The notes under the pieces: model-generated | Databases searched by the model: none | What the model was told of the DNA's origin: nothing | The model's input: only the letters and a program-made list of their open reading frames with translations | Made by a program: the position numbers and the translations under genes | Shown here: one piece after another, positions 40,384 to 50,015 of the stretch | Numbering within the stretch: the stretch's first letter is position 1 | Layout of the letters: every line of letters begins with the position of its first letter | DNA from: an uncultured delta proteobacterium | GTDB taxonomy: Bacteria; Myxococcota_A; Polyangia; Polyangiales; B10-G4 | DNA length: 64,000 nucleotides | Direction of reading: 5' to 3' | Assembly (NCBI GenBank): GCA_963727445.1 | Contig: CAVSGI010000012.1 | Location: forward strand, 285,515-349,514

Positions 40384-41532
40384 ATGGCGCGGACCTACCT
40401 CTTCGAGACGGATGAGCACGCTAGCCTTCGCGATCAAATCCGGAAGTTCGCGAGCCAGCGCATCGCACCCAATGCCCACGCGTGGGACGAGGCGTGCGAG
40501 TTTCCCCGAGAGCTCTACTCCGAAGCGGCGGAGGCGGGCCTCTTGGGCCTCGGGTATCCGGAGGAGCTCGGTGGTCAGGGGGGAGATCTGACGCACAGCC
40601 TGGTCGCCTCCGAGGAGATGGTCCTCTCCGGCAAGTCGGTGGGAACCACGGTGGGCCTGGGAAGCCACGGGATCGCGCTGCCGCCGATCGTCAACTTCGG
40701 CACCGACGAGCAGAAGGAGCGCTTCGTCAAACCGGTCTTGCGCGGGGAGAAGGTGGCCGCCCTCGGGATCACCGAACCCTCGGGCGGCAGCGACGTCGCG
40801 TCGCTGCAGACGCGCGCCGAAAAGGACGGAGACCACTACGTGGTCAACGGGAGCAAGACCTTCATCACCTCGGGCTGTCGCGCCGACTTCGTGACGACCG
40901 CCGTGCGGACCGGCGGGGAGGGGCACGGCGGAGTGTCGCTCCTGGTGATCGAGCGTGACACGCCCGGCTTCAGCGTCTCGAAGAAGCTCGACAAGACCGG
41001 CTGGTGGGCCAGCGACACGGCCGAGCTGTCCTTCGAGGACTGCCGGGTTCCCGTCGAGAACCTGATCGGGCTCGAGAACGCGGGGTTCGTCGCCATCATG
41101 ATGAACTTCGTCTCGGAGCGTCTCTATCTCGCCGGTCAGTGCGTGGCCATCGCCGAGCTCGCCTACCGGGAGAGCATCGAATACGCCCGCGCGCGGACGG
41201 CCTTCGGCAAGAACCTCATGGGCTTTCAGGTCACCCGGCACAAGCTGGCGGACATGGCCAGCCGCATCGCCGCCGCCCGCGCCCTCACCGGCGAGGTCAC
41301 CAGCCGCTACGTCCGGAACGAGCCCGACGCCGCCCTCGCGGCCATGGCCAAGAACACCGCCACGGACATGTGCTCCTTCGTCACCGACCAGGCCGTACAG
41401 CTCCATGGCGGATACGGCTACATGCGCGAGTACGTGGTCGAGCGCCTCTACCGTGACGCCCGCCTCTACCCCATCGGCGGCGGGACGCGCGAGATCATGA
41501 ACGAGATCATCTCGAAGTCCGAAGGTTACTGA
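40384..41532 (+). CDS. Acyl-CoA dehydrogenase
   Basis: Motifs ITEPSGGSD, NGSKTFIT, QLHGGYGY and YRDARLYPIGGGT. Confidence 0.96.
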   Translation: MARTYLFETDEHASLRDQIRKFASQRIAPNAHAWDEACEFPRELYSEAAEAGLLGLGYPEELGGQGGDLTHSLVASEEMVLSGKSVGTTVGLGSHGIALPPIVNFGTDEQKERFVKPVLRGEKVAALGITEPSGGSDVASLQTRAEKDGDHYVVNGSKTFITSGCRADFVTTAVRTGGEGHGGVSLLVIERDTPGFSVSKKLDKTGWWASDTAELSFEDCRVPVENLIGLENAGFVAIMMNFVSERLYLAGQCVAIAELAYRESIEYARARTAFGKNLMGFQVTRHKLADMASRIAAARALTGEVTSRYVRNEPDAALAAMAKNTATDMCSFVTDQAVQLHGGYGYMREYVVERLYRDARLYPIGGGTREIMNEIISKSEGY

Positions 41533-41563
41533 CCGCTCCCTGGCGATTCTCTATGCTCCCGCC

Positions 41564-43870
41564 GTGAACGACGCGGTGAGTCGTGACGGAGACGGAAGGA
41601 ACGTCGGGCTGGTCGGCGCGACGATGGTGGGCGTTGGCGCCATCGTCGGTGGCGGCATCTTCGTGCTGGGCGGCGTCGCGCTGGCCGCGACCGGTCCGAG
41701 CGCCATCGTGGCGTTCGCCCTCAACGGCCTCATCGCCGTGCTCACGGCGCTGAGCTTCGCCGAGATGGCGACCGCCTTTCCCGAGTCGGGAGGCGCCTAC
41801 GTCTTCGCCAAGAAGGTGCTCACGGTTCGCGCAGCCTTCGGAGTCGGATGGGTCTTGTGGTTCGCGTACATCGTGGCCGGGGTGCTCTACGCGCTCGGGT
41901 TCGCCGAATACGCGGTGGCGATGCTGAAGCAGATCTTCGTCACCGAGGGCAAAGCCCCGTGGTGGCTCGAGGGGCGGCCCATGCTCGTCTTCACCGCCCT
42001 CGGCGCGACCGCCTTCTACACGCTTTCCATGGTCCGGAAGTCGAGCGGCGGCGGCCAGTGGGCGACGGTTGGCAAGGTGGTCATCTTCGCGCTCCTCATC
42101 GTCCTCGGCTCGTGGGCGCTCTTCCGCGCGCCCTCCGGCACCATCGCCCACAACAACCGTCCGTTCTTCGCATTCGGCGGCGGCGGGCTGATCTCGGCGA
42201 TGGGCTTCACCTTCATCGCGCTCCAGGGGTTCGATCTCATCCCGGCCATCGGCGGAGAGGTGAAGAGCCCGCGTCGAAACATCCCGCGCGCGATGCTCCT
42301 CTCCCTCGCCATCGGTCTGCTCGTCTACCTGCCGATCCTCTTCCTGGTCGCCACCGTGGGCGTGACACCCGGCACCGACATCGCCTCCATGAGCGCCGAG
42401 AGCGCCGCGACGGTGATGGCCGACGCGGCGCGCAACTTCGCCGGTCCCGTCGGCTATTGGATGGTCATGGTGGCCGCGGTGCTGTCGACGCTCTCCGCGC
42501 TCGCCGCCAACTTGCTGGCGGCGAGCCGTGTCGCCTTCACCATGGCGCGCGACCGAACCCTCCCCGGTGTGATGGCCACCACCCACGCCGCGCGTGGCAC
42601 GCCCGTGGTCGCCATCTGCGCGAGCGGACTGGCGCTCTTCGGCATCCTCCTCCTGCTCCCCGATGTCGCGGCCGCCGGCGCCGCCGCCAGCTTGATCTTC
42701 CTCGTCGCCTTCGCGCTCGCGCACTGGACGAGCTTCCTCGCGCGGCGGCGCGTCAACCTCGAGGGCGCTTACCGCACTCCCTTCTTCCCGGCGGTTCAGG
42801 TCATCGGAGGGATCGCATGCGTGGTGCTGGCGCTCTTCCAGGCGGTGGTGGTGCCGGCCGCGGGGGCCATCGCCTTCATCTGGTTGGGCTTCGGCGTCAT
42901 CCTCTACATGGCGCTCTTCGCAGGGAGCGCGGAGGCGGTCGACGCCTCCGCCGAAGCCGCCAACCCGCAACTCTCGCAGCTGCGCGGGCGAAGCCCCCTC
43001 GTCCTGGTGCCCATCGCGAATCCCGCCAACGCACATGGGCTCGTCACCATCGCCGACGCCATCGCGCCCCCGGTCGTGGGCCGGGTCGTGCTCCTCACCG
43101 TGATGCGCCGGCCGGAGCAGAGCGCGATCGCCCCCGGCGAGACGCCCCAGGTGCTCCTCGATGGACAGGCGGTAGTGCGTGAAGCGCTCACCGAATCGCT
43201 CCTCATCGGCCAGCAGCCGGAGACGCTGATGACCATCGCCGACGATCCATGGGAGGAGATTGCGCGGGTCGCGCGCATTCGGAAGTGCGAGAGCCTGCTC
43301 CTCGGGATGGCGTCGCTCAAGGCGCACGAGCACGTCGCACGCCTCGAGGTGCTCCTCAACAAGGTGGACTGCGACATCGTGGTGATGCGCGCGCGCTCCG
43401 GATGGACGCTCAGCAGCATCTCGCGCGTGGTGGTGGCGGTGGGCCAGAAGACCGGGCACGACGACCTCCGCGCGCGCCTGTTGGGGAGCCTCTGGCGCAG
43501 CCGAAAGTGTCCGGTGCACTTCGTCCGCGTGCTGCCCGCCGACACGCCGGTCGCGGCGCTCGAGGCCGCGGAGCGCGCGCTCCTTCGCTTCGCGCAGGAA
43601 GAGACGGCGAGCGAGGTGAGCGCGGAGGTGATCGCTTCGGACGAGGGTCCCGACGCGCTGGCCGACGTCGCCAAGGAAAACGAGCTCCTGGTCCTCGGTC
43701 TGACGCGAAGCCACGGCCGGCGACTCTTCGGGCGGACTTCGTTGAAAATCACCCGCCAGACGGCGGCCACCACGCTCCTCATCAGCCCCAAACGCAGCGG
43801 CCTTTCGAACTTCGTGGAGTCCGAAGGCATGCGGCGTTTCCCCACCGCCTATCCCCCGCCGAGTGAGTGA
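41564..43870 (+). CDS. APC-family amino acid permease fused to USP-like domains
   Basis: GAIVGGGIF, FPESGGAY, GFD...GEVKSP; soluble C-terminal LVPIANP domain. Confidence 0.9.
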   Translation: MNDAVSRDGDGRNVGLVGATMVGVGAIVGGGIFVLGGVALAATGPSAIVAFALNGLIAVLTALSFAEMATAFPESGGAYVFAKKVLTVRAAFGVGWVLWFAYIVAGVLYALGFAEYAVAMLKQIFVTEGKAPWWLEGRPMLVFTALGATAFYTLSMVRKSSGGGQWATVGKVVIFALLIVLGSWALFRAPSGTIAHNNRPFFAFGGGGLISAMGFTFIALQGFDLIPAIGGEVKSPRRNIPRAMLLSLAIGLLVYLPILFLVATVGVTPGTDIASMSAESAATVMADAARNFAGPVGYWMVMVAAVLSTLSALAANLLAASRVAFTMARDRTLPGVMATTHAARGTPVVAICASGLALFGILLLLPDVAAAGAAASLIFLVAFALAHWTSFLARRRVNLEGAYRTPFFPAVQVIGGIACVVLALFQAVVVPAAGAIAFIWLGFGVILYMALFAGSAEAVDASAEAANPQLSQLRGRSPLVLVPIANPANAHGLVTIADAIAPPVVGRVVLLTVMRRPEQSAIAPGETPQVLLDGQAVVREALTESLLIGQQPETLMTIADDPWEEIARVARIRKCESLLLGMASLKAHEHVARLEVLLNKVDCDIVVMRARSGWTLSSISRVVVAVGQKTGHDDLRARLLGSLWRSRKCPVHFVRVLPADTPVAALEAAERALLRFAQEETASEVSAEVIASDEGPDALADVAKENELLVLGLTRSHGRRLFGRTSLKITRQTAATTLLISPKRSGLSNFVESEGMRRFPTAYPPPSE

Positions 43871-43882
43871 GCGCGCTCGGCC

Positions 43883-46800
43883 TCACTCGAAGCGCACTTC
43901 GGTCTCCCCCAGAGGCCCGAAGAGGGTGACGCGCCGCCGGCGACCGCGCCGACCTTCGAAGGTCCCGCGGAGCACCATCTCCGGTTCGCGCCCGCCACCC
44001 CAGAACGCGATGTATCCATCTTGGATGTCGTAGTGACCGACCGCCGCGTCCATGCGGCCTCCACGTACGTTCACCCGGCCGCGAAGGCGCGGCTCGCCCT
44101 CGCCGAGGTCGACCAGCAGACGGGTGCTGAGCTCGAGCCGCAGATCGTCTCTTCGCACCCAGAACGGCTCGGTGGCGTCGAGGACGATGTGCGTTCGCAC
44201 CCCATCGCGAGATTCTGCGCTCGGTCCGCTGTCGTTGCTGTCGCGCCAGGCGCGCCGCTCGTCGTGCTTCGCGCTGCTCTTGGCGTTCCCTGCGCGAGAG
44301 GCGCGGGGCGGCCGCCAGGGTGAAGCTGGTCTCGGTGAAGCGCGCCAGCAGCTCCCGGCTTTCGCTGCCGTAGCTCGCCTCGACGTGGGCGCGAGCGTTC
44401 AAGCGTCCGGCCCGCTCTCCGTCGCGAACGATGGGGAGGCGCCGGATGGCGCCGTCGAGAACCACGCCGCCGCTGAGGCTTTCACCCAGGTGCCCCGTCC
44501 CCGAGAGCTCCGCGGAGCCGCCCGCGTTGCGGTAGACGAGCTGCTCCACGTCGAAGACGCGGGGTCGCCTCGGCACCAGACCGTCGAAGCGAAGCGCGGT
44601 GGCGAGGCGAAGGCGCCCCCGATGTGGCCCGCTGGTGACGCCTACCTGTGCGTGCACTCGTTCGTCGCGGGCCGAGGCACTCAAGGACGCGGCGAAAGCG
44701 TCGCCGTCGCCCAGGCGGAGATTGGAGCTCCGCACGCTCAGGCGCCCGCGCGGGCGATTCGTGAGGAGCCGCGTCGCGTGGGCCTCGACGTCGACGGTCC
44801 CTGACGCGCGCTCGCACAGACCCGGAATCGTCGCCAGGTCGAGGTGGGAGGCGTGGGCTTCGAGCGTCATCGGCGGTGGGGAGCTCGGGAGCCCGTCGGC
44901 GAGCCAGCGAGCGAGGGGCGTCGTCGCGCTGAGCTCGCCGTGGAGCGACGCGCCGTTCGCGTCGAAGCGAAGGGTGCTGGTGGCGCCGAGGTCGACGTCG
45001 ACGGAGATGCGCTCGACCCCCCCGCGGCGACAACCCGCGTCGTCGCTCTCGTCCAGGCGCGTCAAGACGATGCTCGCTTCTCCACTCGGCCCGCTGCCCG
45101 GGTCGTGTGAGAGCTGGCCTTCGACGGTCGCCGCGAGCGGGAGCTCACGACGGAGCGGTCGCGGGAGGCGGTCGAGGCGTCGTCGCGGCATGTTCAAAGA
45201 GAGCGACCAGCTCGCCGACTCGGCGATGCGATGGCGATCGAGGGAAGCGCGAAGGGCCGCGGGCTCCACCCGCGCCCGACCGGAGAGCGTCCCGAGAGGG
45301 CCGTGGCGATCGGAGAGCGACACCACTACGTCGGCGTGGGGGGCGACGAAGTCGAGCCTCACGTCTGCGTCGACCGGGTCGCTCCCGGAGGCGGCGAAGC
45401 CTCGCACGTCCGCGACGAGGTGAGCGTCCGGGGACTCCAGCACACCGTCGAGACCCAAGGTGGCATCGACGACTCCGTCCCACGGCGGTAGGTCCGGAGA
45501 GAGGAACATGGCGAGGGTGAGCGGGACGTCGTCGAGCTCGAGCTCGGCGTCCCAATCGGTGCGCTCCACGCGCCGCTGCAGCGTCGGACCCGCGCCCAGG
45601 CGTCCGTTCGCGTCGAGGGCGAGTCGCCCATAGCCTTCGAAGTCGCCACCGAGGGCGACGCGCACGCTGCGGTCGGCCGCCGAGATACCCGCCGAGAGAC
45701 GAACCTCGGGGGCGTGAAGCGGGCCGGCGGCGGCGTCTGTGAGGGTCGCGTCGAGCTCGACCTCCGGGTGCGCGAGGGTACCGGAGGCTCGCAGTGTCGC
45801 CCGCCCCGTGCCGCGCGTCAGCTCACTGCCGGTGGCAGCACCGAGATCGAGGCTCTCGAGCGCGACCTCGAGCTCGGAGGCTCCTTCGGGCCGATAGGTT
45901 CCCGACGCCGAGGCGTCGATGCCGGCCCCTCGTGCCTGAACTTCGCCGAGGGAGATGGTGTGGTCGTCGGCGAGGCGGAGCGCCGAGATGGCGAAGGTCA
46001 CGGGCGCCGCGAGCGCGCCCGTGAGCGTCACGTCGCCATGGACGTCGAGGCCGTCGCCGCTGCGCGCGCCATCGAGCGCCACGTCGAGGGAGCGTCGCTC
46101 GCCGAGCGCAGCGCGGCCGCGGAGCACGTAGCTCTCGGGTCCGCCTTCGAGGCTTCCGCGGATCGAACGCAGCGTGACGAGGTCGGAGACGATGCGCCGG
46201 CCGCGGATCGCCAGATCCACCTCCGGCCTCTTGGCCTCGCCGCGCGCAGTCCCCCTGACCTCGAGCGCCGCCACGCGCGCCTTGCCGAAGCCCGCGTCGC
46301 GAACCGCGAGGCGTCCGTCGACGTCGATGGTCGGCTCCTCGTCAGCTGTCAGCCGTAGCGTCAGATCCGCCTCCACCGCGCCGCGAAGGCCCGGCGCCTG
46401 CCGCTGCACGTTGTCGTCGGCGGCGAGGCCCGGGAGGTCGGCGCGCAGCGTCAGGTCGGCCGAGCGGTCGAAGCCGATGCGCCCAAAGAGCGAAAGCTCG
46501 CCCTCGTCGCCGGTCCAGGCGGGGATCGACACGCGTTCGATGTCGATGTGCTCGTCACCCAGGCGTGCTCCCACCACTGCCTCGGGTATGACGTGCTCGC
46601 CGTAGTGGACGTCTCGCGCCTCGATCTCGACAGACCGGGTGCCGTCGTCGGGGGAGGGGTTGCCGACGTGCGCGACGACCTCTCCCCCGACCGGATCCAG
46701 ATCCGCCCCGTCGATGATCTCGCTGAGCACCAGCGACTCGCTGTAGACCCGCGCTTCGATGCCCTCGGTGTCTTCGTCGACGCGCAGCGTGAGCGCGCCG

Positions 46801-47693
46801 CCATCGGTGACCAGCGACGCGGAGCCGTGGAGCGTCCCGTCGCCGCCCTCGACCTCGATGTTTCCCGCGAGCTTCGAGCCGAGCACCAACGCGGCGTCGC
46901 TCGTCCAAAGCCGTTCGAGGCGCTCCTCGCTGAGGTCGAGCTCGGCCGCGGCCCGGAACGACGCGATCTGACCTGCGGTCCGGGTGAGCGAACCCTCCAT
47001 CCGGACGAAGCTGTCGTCGCTCTCGAGGCGCGCCTCCACTTCGGACGCCCCTTCGGCGACGAGGTGGCCTCGGGCCTCCGTGAGGTGCGCGACGAGCTCG
47101 CCCTCGCGTCGCACCTCTCCTTCGAGCGAAGCGATCTCCAGCTCCGGAGCGGCTTCGGTCGTGACGCGACCTTCGAGCGCGAGGTCGCGGACGGAGATGC
47201 CCTCGGGCAGATCCCGGAGCTCGACCTCCGCCAGGCGGACGCGTTCGATGGTCAGAGAAGCGGCAGCCTCCCGCCGCGGGGGGCCCGTGGGGCGAAGCGC
47301 GGCCGCGAGGGCCAACCCGTCTCCTTCGGGGCGAAACGAGATCGAGGCCGCCGTCACTTCGAGGTCGTGCACCTGCACGGCGTCCGAGCCCAGGGTGCTC
47401 GCGTCTGCCCGCAGGCGTAGCCGCTCGATGGACGCGAGGTTCTCGCCCGCCGCGCTCGCTACCCGGATGTCGTGGACGATCACCTCGTCGAGCCCCAGTG
47501 CTTCGATACGTCCCACCGTCACAGTGCCGGCGACCGATGCGTCGAGGAGCGCGGCGAGCTCGATCGCCAGCGCCCGCCCACCTTGCTCCGAGCCGAGGTG
47601 GTAGGTCGTGCTGGAGACGAGCGCGAGTGCGACGATCAACGACCAGAGGACGATGCGATGCGCCTTCGAGCCGCCAGGCTCGTCCGCTCGCAT
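43883..47693 (-). CDS. TamB/AsmA-like translocation and assembly module protein, frameshifted near 44213
   Basis: N-terminal TM anchor and long beta-rich repeats. The C-terminal beta region continues in the 43883..44200 frame (LRGRVNVRGG...GYIAFWG). Confidence 0.7.
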
Positions 47694-47730
47694 CTCTCGC
47701 TCCTCTGACCCGCTCAAGGGGCCGATGGTA

Positions 47731-48474
47731 TCAGCGGCTGCCGAGGACCATCGTCCGACTGATCAGGTCGGCGAACATGGTGCCGAGGCTCTCGATGAAC
47801 TTCTCGTCGATGAGGACGCCGCGCGCTCCGCAGACCCTCTGCACCACGGTGGTCACGGGCTCGTCGCCCGCGAGGAAGGCTTCGAGGAGGTCTGCGCTCA
47901 GCGGGTTCGGGACCCAGCTGTAGATCTTGTCGTCGTCCCGGCTGCGATAGACGGCGACGGCGCACTTCGAAGGCGCGTATTGGGTCGCGCCCTCTTCGAG
48001 TTGCTGGTGAACCCGGTGCTCGAAGCGCAGCAGGCGCAGGGTCGGGTTCATGACCGGCGCCTTTTCGAAGGCGAAGTCCGCGACCTCTTCCGGGAAAGCG
48101 ATGTCCTCGTAACCGACCAGCCAGCGGGTGGCTTCGTAGCGCAGGAGCTCGATGGCCCAGCGCGGCACCTTTGGGTCCGCTTCGAGGCGCGGCACCGCGA
48201 AGTCTGCGAACATCGGGACGATCTCCCGGATGTAGCGGGTGCGGGTCTGTCCCTCGTCGAGCCAGGCGTCGTAGAGCTGGTGGTAGCGCGCCTCGCCGAT
48301 CGCCCCGACGCTGCGCTTGAGGCCGACGGCGATCATGTTGCGCATGCGCTTGCGGATCATGTCGCGGTAGAGGAGCCAGCGCTCTCGCAGGCCCCCGAGC
48401 TTTTCGAGGTCGCTCTCCGACGGCTCCGCGGAGAGCAGGACGTTCATGAACGTTCGCTGATGATCGACGATCAC
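47731..48474 (-). CDS. MNIO partner protein (DUF2063/HvfC/BufC-like)
   Basis: The GTG overlaps the DUF692 stop (GTGA). QRTFMNVLL...RWLLYRDM...ELLRYE...NPTLRLLRFEHRV matches the DUF2063 pattern. Confidence 0.8.
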   Translation of the reverse strand: MIVDHQRTFMNVLLSAEPSESDLEKLGGLRERWLLYRDMIRKRMRNMIAVGLKRSVGAIGEARYHQLYDAWLDEGQTRTRYIREIVPMFADFAVPRLEADPKVPRWAIELLRYEATRWLVGYEDIAFPEEVADFAFEKAPVMNPTLRLLRFEHRVHQQLEEGATQYAPSKCAVAVYRSRDDDKIYSWVPNPLSADLLEAFLAGDEPVTTVVQRVCGARGVLIDEKFIESLGTMFADLISRTMVLGSR

Positions 48475-49307
48475 GGCGTCACCTCCACGGCGCGCTGATA
48501 GATCTCGTCGAGACGACGGACCTGCTCGAGCAGCTCGTCGAGCGGGATGAAGTTGCCATCGCGCTCGAGGAGGACGGGCTTGGGCCCGATTCGCCTGAGT
48601 GTGTAGTCGAGGAGATCGAAGACGTCTTCGCAGACGTCCTCGCCGTGGGTGTCGATGCGGAAACCGTCGTTGCGGACCAGGTGGCCGGCGACGTGGATCT
48701 GAACCACGCGATCGGCCGGAATGCGGTCGATCCACTTCTTGGGGTCGAAGCCGAGGTTCCTGCTGTTGACGTAGACGTTGTTCACGTCGAGGAGCATCTT
48801 GCAGTCGGCGCGCTCGAGGACGTCGAGGCAGAACGAGACCTCGTCCATTTCGGACTCGGGGCTCTCGGCGTAGTAGCTCACGTTCTCGAACGCGAGCCGC
48901 TCGCAGCCGGTCGCGTCCCGCGCCTCTTCGATGCGCCGCGCGTAGAGCTTGGCCGCCTCTTCGGTGAAGGGGAGGGGCAACAGATCGTGGGCGAAGACCC
49001 CGTCCACGTCGCAGAAGCAGAGGTGGTCCGAGTGCCACGGCGCTCCGATGTCCGCGAGGAAGGTGCGGAGCGTCCGCAGGTAGCCATCGTCGAAGGGTTC
49101 GGCGCGACCGAAGCACATCGTCAGACCGTGCGTGGCGAAAGGCCAGCGCTCCATCGCCGCCTTCAGCACGGACGGGTAACGACCTCCGCGGTCCATGTAG
49201 TTCTCCGGATGGACCTCGAGCCACTTCACCTCGGAGGGCTGCCGCTCGAGCAGCTCTCTGGCCATCTCCATCCGGAGGCCGATTCCAACGCCTCGAAGCT
49301 CGCTCAT
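48471..49307 (-). CDS. DUF692 multinuclear non-heme iron oxidative enzyme (MNIO; HvfB/BufB/MbnB family)
   Basis: Motifs GVGIGLR, WLEVHPENY, HG, SDHLC, DLLPLP, ENVSYY, LLDVNNVYVN, IHVAGH, IDTHG and LLERD. Confidence 0.96.
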   Translation of the reverse strand: MSELRGVGIGLRMEMARELLERQPSEVKWLEVHPENYMDRGGRYPSVLKAAMERWPFATHGLTMCFGRAEPFDDGYLRTLRTFLADIGAPWHSDHLCFCDVDGVFAHDLLPLPFTEEAAKLYARRIEEARDATGCERLAFENVSYYAESPESEMDEVSFCLDVLERADCKMLLDVNNVYVNSRNLGFDPKKWIDRIPADRVVQIHVAGHLVRNDGFRIDTHGEDVCEDVFDLLDYTLRRIGPKPVLLERDGNFIPLDELLEQVRRLDEIYQRAVEVTP

Positions 49308-49375
49308 CGCCAAACTCTATGCCGGAGGGGCCCTCTTGGTTAGCCCTGTCGTGAGCATGCGCTCACCCAGGCCCC

Positions 49376-49415
49376 AAAAAAACGCGCGCCGTGACCCGTA
49401 AGGGCCACGGCGCGC
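49376..49415 (-). terminator. Rho-independent terminator between precursor and MNIO genes
   Basis: Minus strand reads GCGCGCCGTGGCCC-TTAC-GGGTCACGGCGCGC-GTTTTTTT (14-bp stem with one G-U pair, U7 tail). Confidence 0.85.
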
Positions 49416-49435
49416 AGTTTTCACGTCAGGTGTGC

Positions 49436-49729
49436 TCAGCCGCCGCAGCTGCCTTCGCCGCAGGAGCCCTCGCCACCCTCGGCGTCGTCGGTCGTGTTCT
49501 CGTCGCCACCGGCCTCGGCGCTGCAGGAGGCTTCGCCACCCTCGTCACCACCAGCCTCGGCGCCACAGGACGCCTCGCCACCACCGCAGGAGGCCTCGCC
49601 GCCGCTGGACTCCATGCCGTCGTCGCCCTGTGAGTCGGCGTCAGCGCTGCCGCCACCGCACGCGACCATGGAGATGCCGAATGCGCCCGCGGCCATACCG
49701 ATGAGCACCTTCTTCAGACTTGCGTTCAT
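49436..49729 (-). CDS. RiPP precursor, HvfA-like, with lipoprotein signal and E(A/G)SC repeats (97 aa)
   Basis: GGAGG RBS; MNASLKKVLIGMAAGAFGISMVAC signal; EASC three times and EGSC twice; directly upstream of DUF692. Confidence 0.88.
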   Translation of the reverse strand: MNASLKKVLIGMAAGAFGISMVACGGGSADADSQGDDGMESSGGEASCGGGEASCGAEAGGDEGGEASCSAEAGGDENTTDDAEGGEGSCGEGSCGG

Positions 49730-49815
49730 TTGATCCCTACCTCCCGAGACTCTGTTTCGTTTTCTTGCCAGCACCGCTCAGGATTCGGGAAGAGAGCGAT
49801 GCGAAGCTTCTTGAG

Positions 49816-49840
49816 AAACGCGGCTACTGCTGCCCGTTCC
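49816..49840 (-). promoter_or_regulatory. Possible ECF-sigma promoter for the RiPP operon
   Basis: Minus strand GGAAC-N15-CGTTT in a lower-GC intergenic region about 90 nt upstream of the precursor ATG. Confidence 0.3.
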
Positions 49841-50015
49841 TACTGCATGTTTTGCGGACGCTAATCGAAGCCACCGTGGAGTAGCAACTAAAAAACACCT
49901 CGAATTCCCGCGTACAGGGGGCGAAACCCCCTACATTGTGGGCGTTCGACGTGGCTTTGTGCCTCGTTCGCACGCTCGTCTGTATGCCCATCGCGCGAAG
50001 ATGTTTCACCCATCT

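Noticed and set aside
48475..49224. N-terminal half of the 497-aa ORF 47731..49224
   Set aside because: Alternate frame over the DUF692 gene; the partner gene starts at GTG 48474.
49436..49640. Short direct DNA repeats (CCGCAGGAGGCCTCGCC-like) as a possible CRISPR array
   Set aside because: They are degenerate coding repeats of the E(A/G)SC motif, with no constant repeat-spacer structure and no cas genes.
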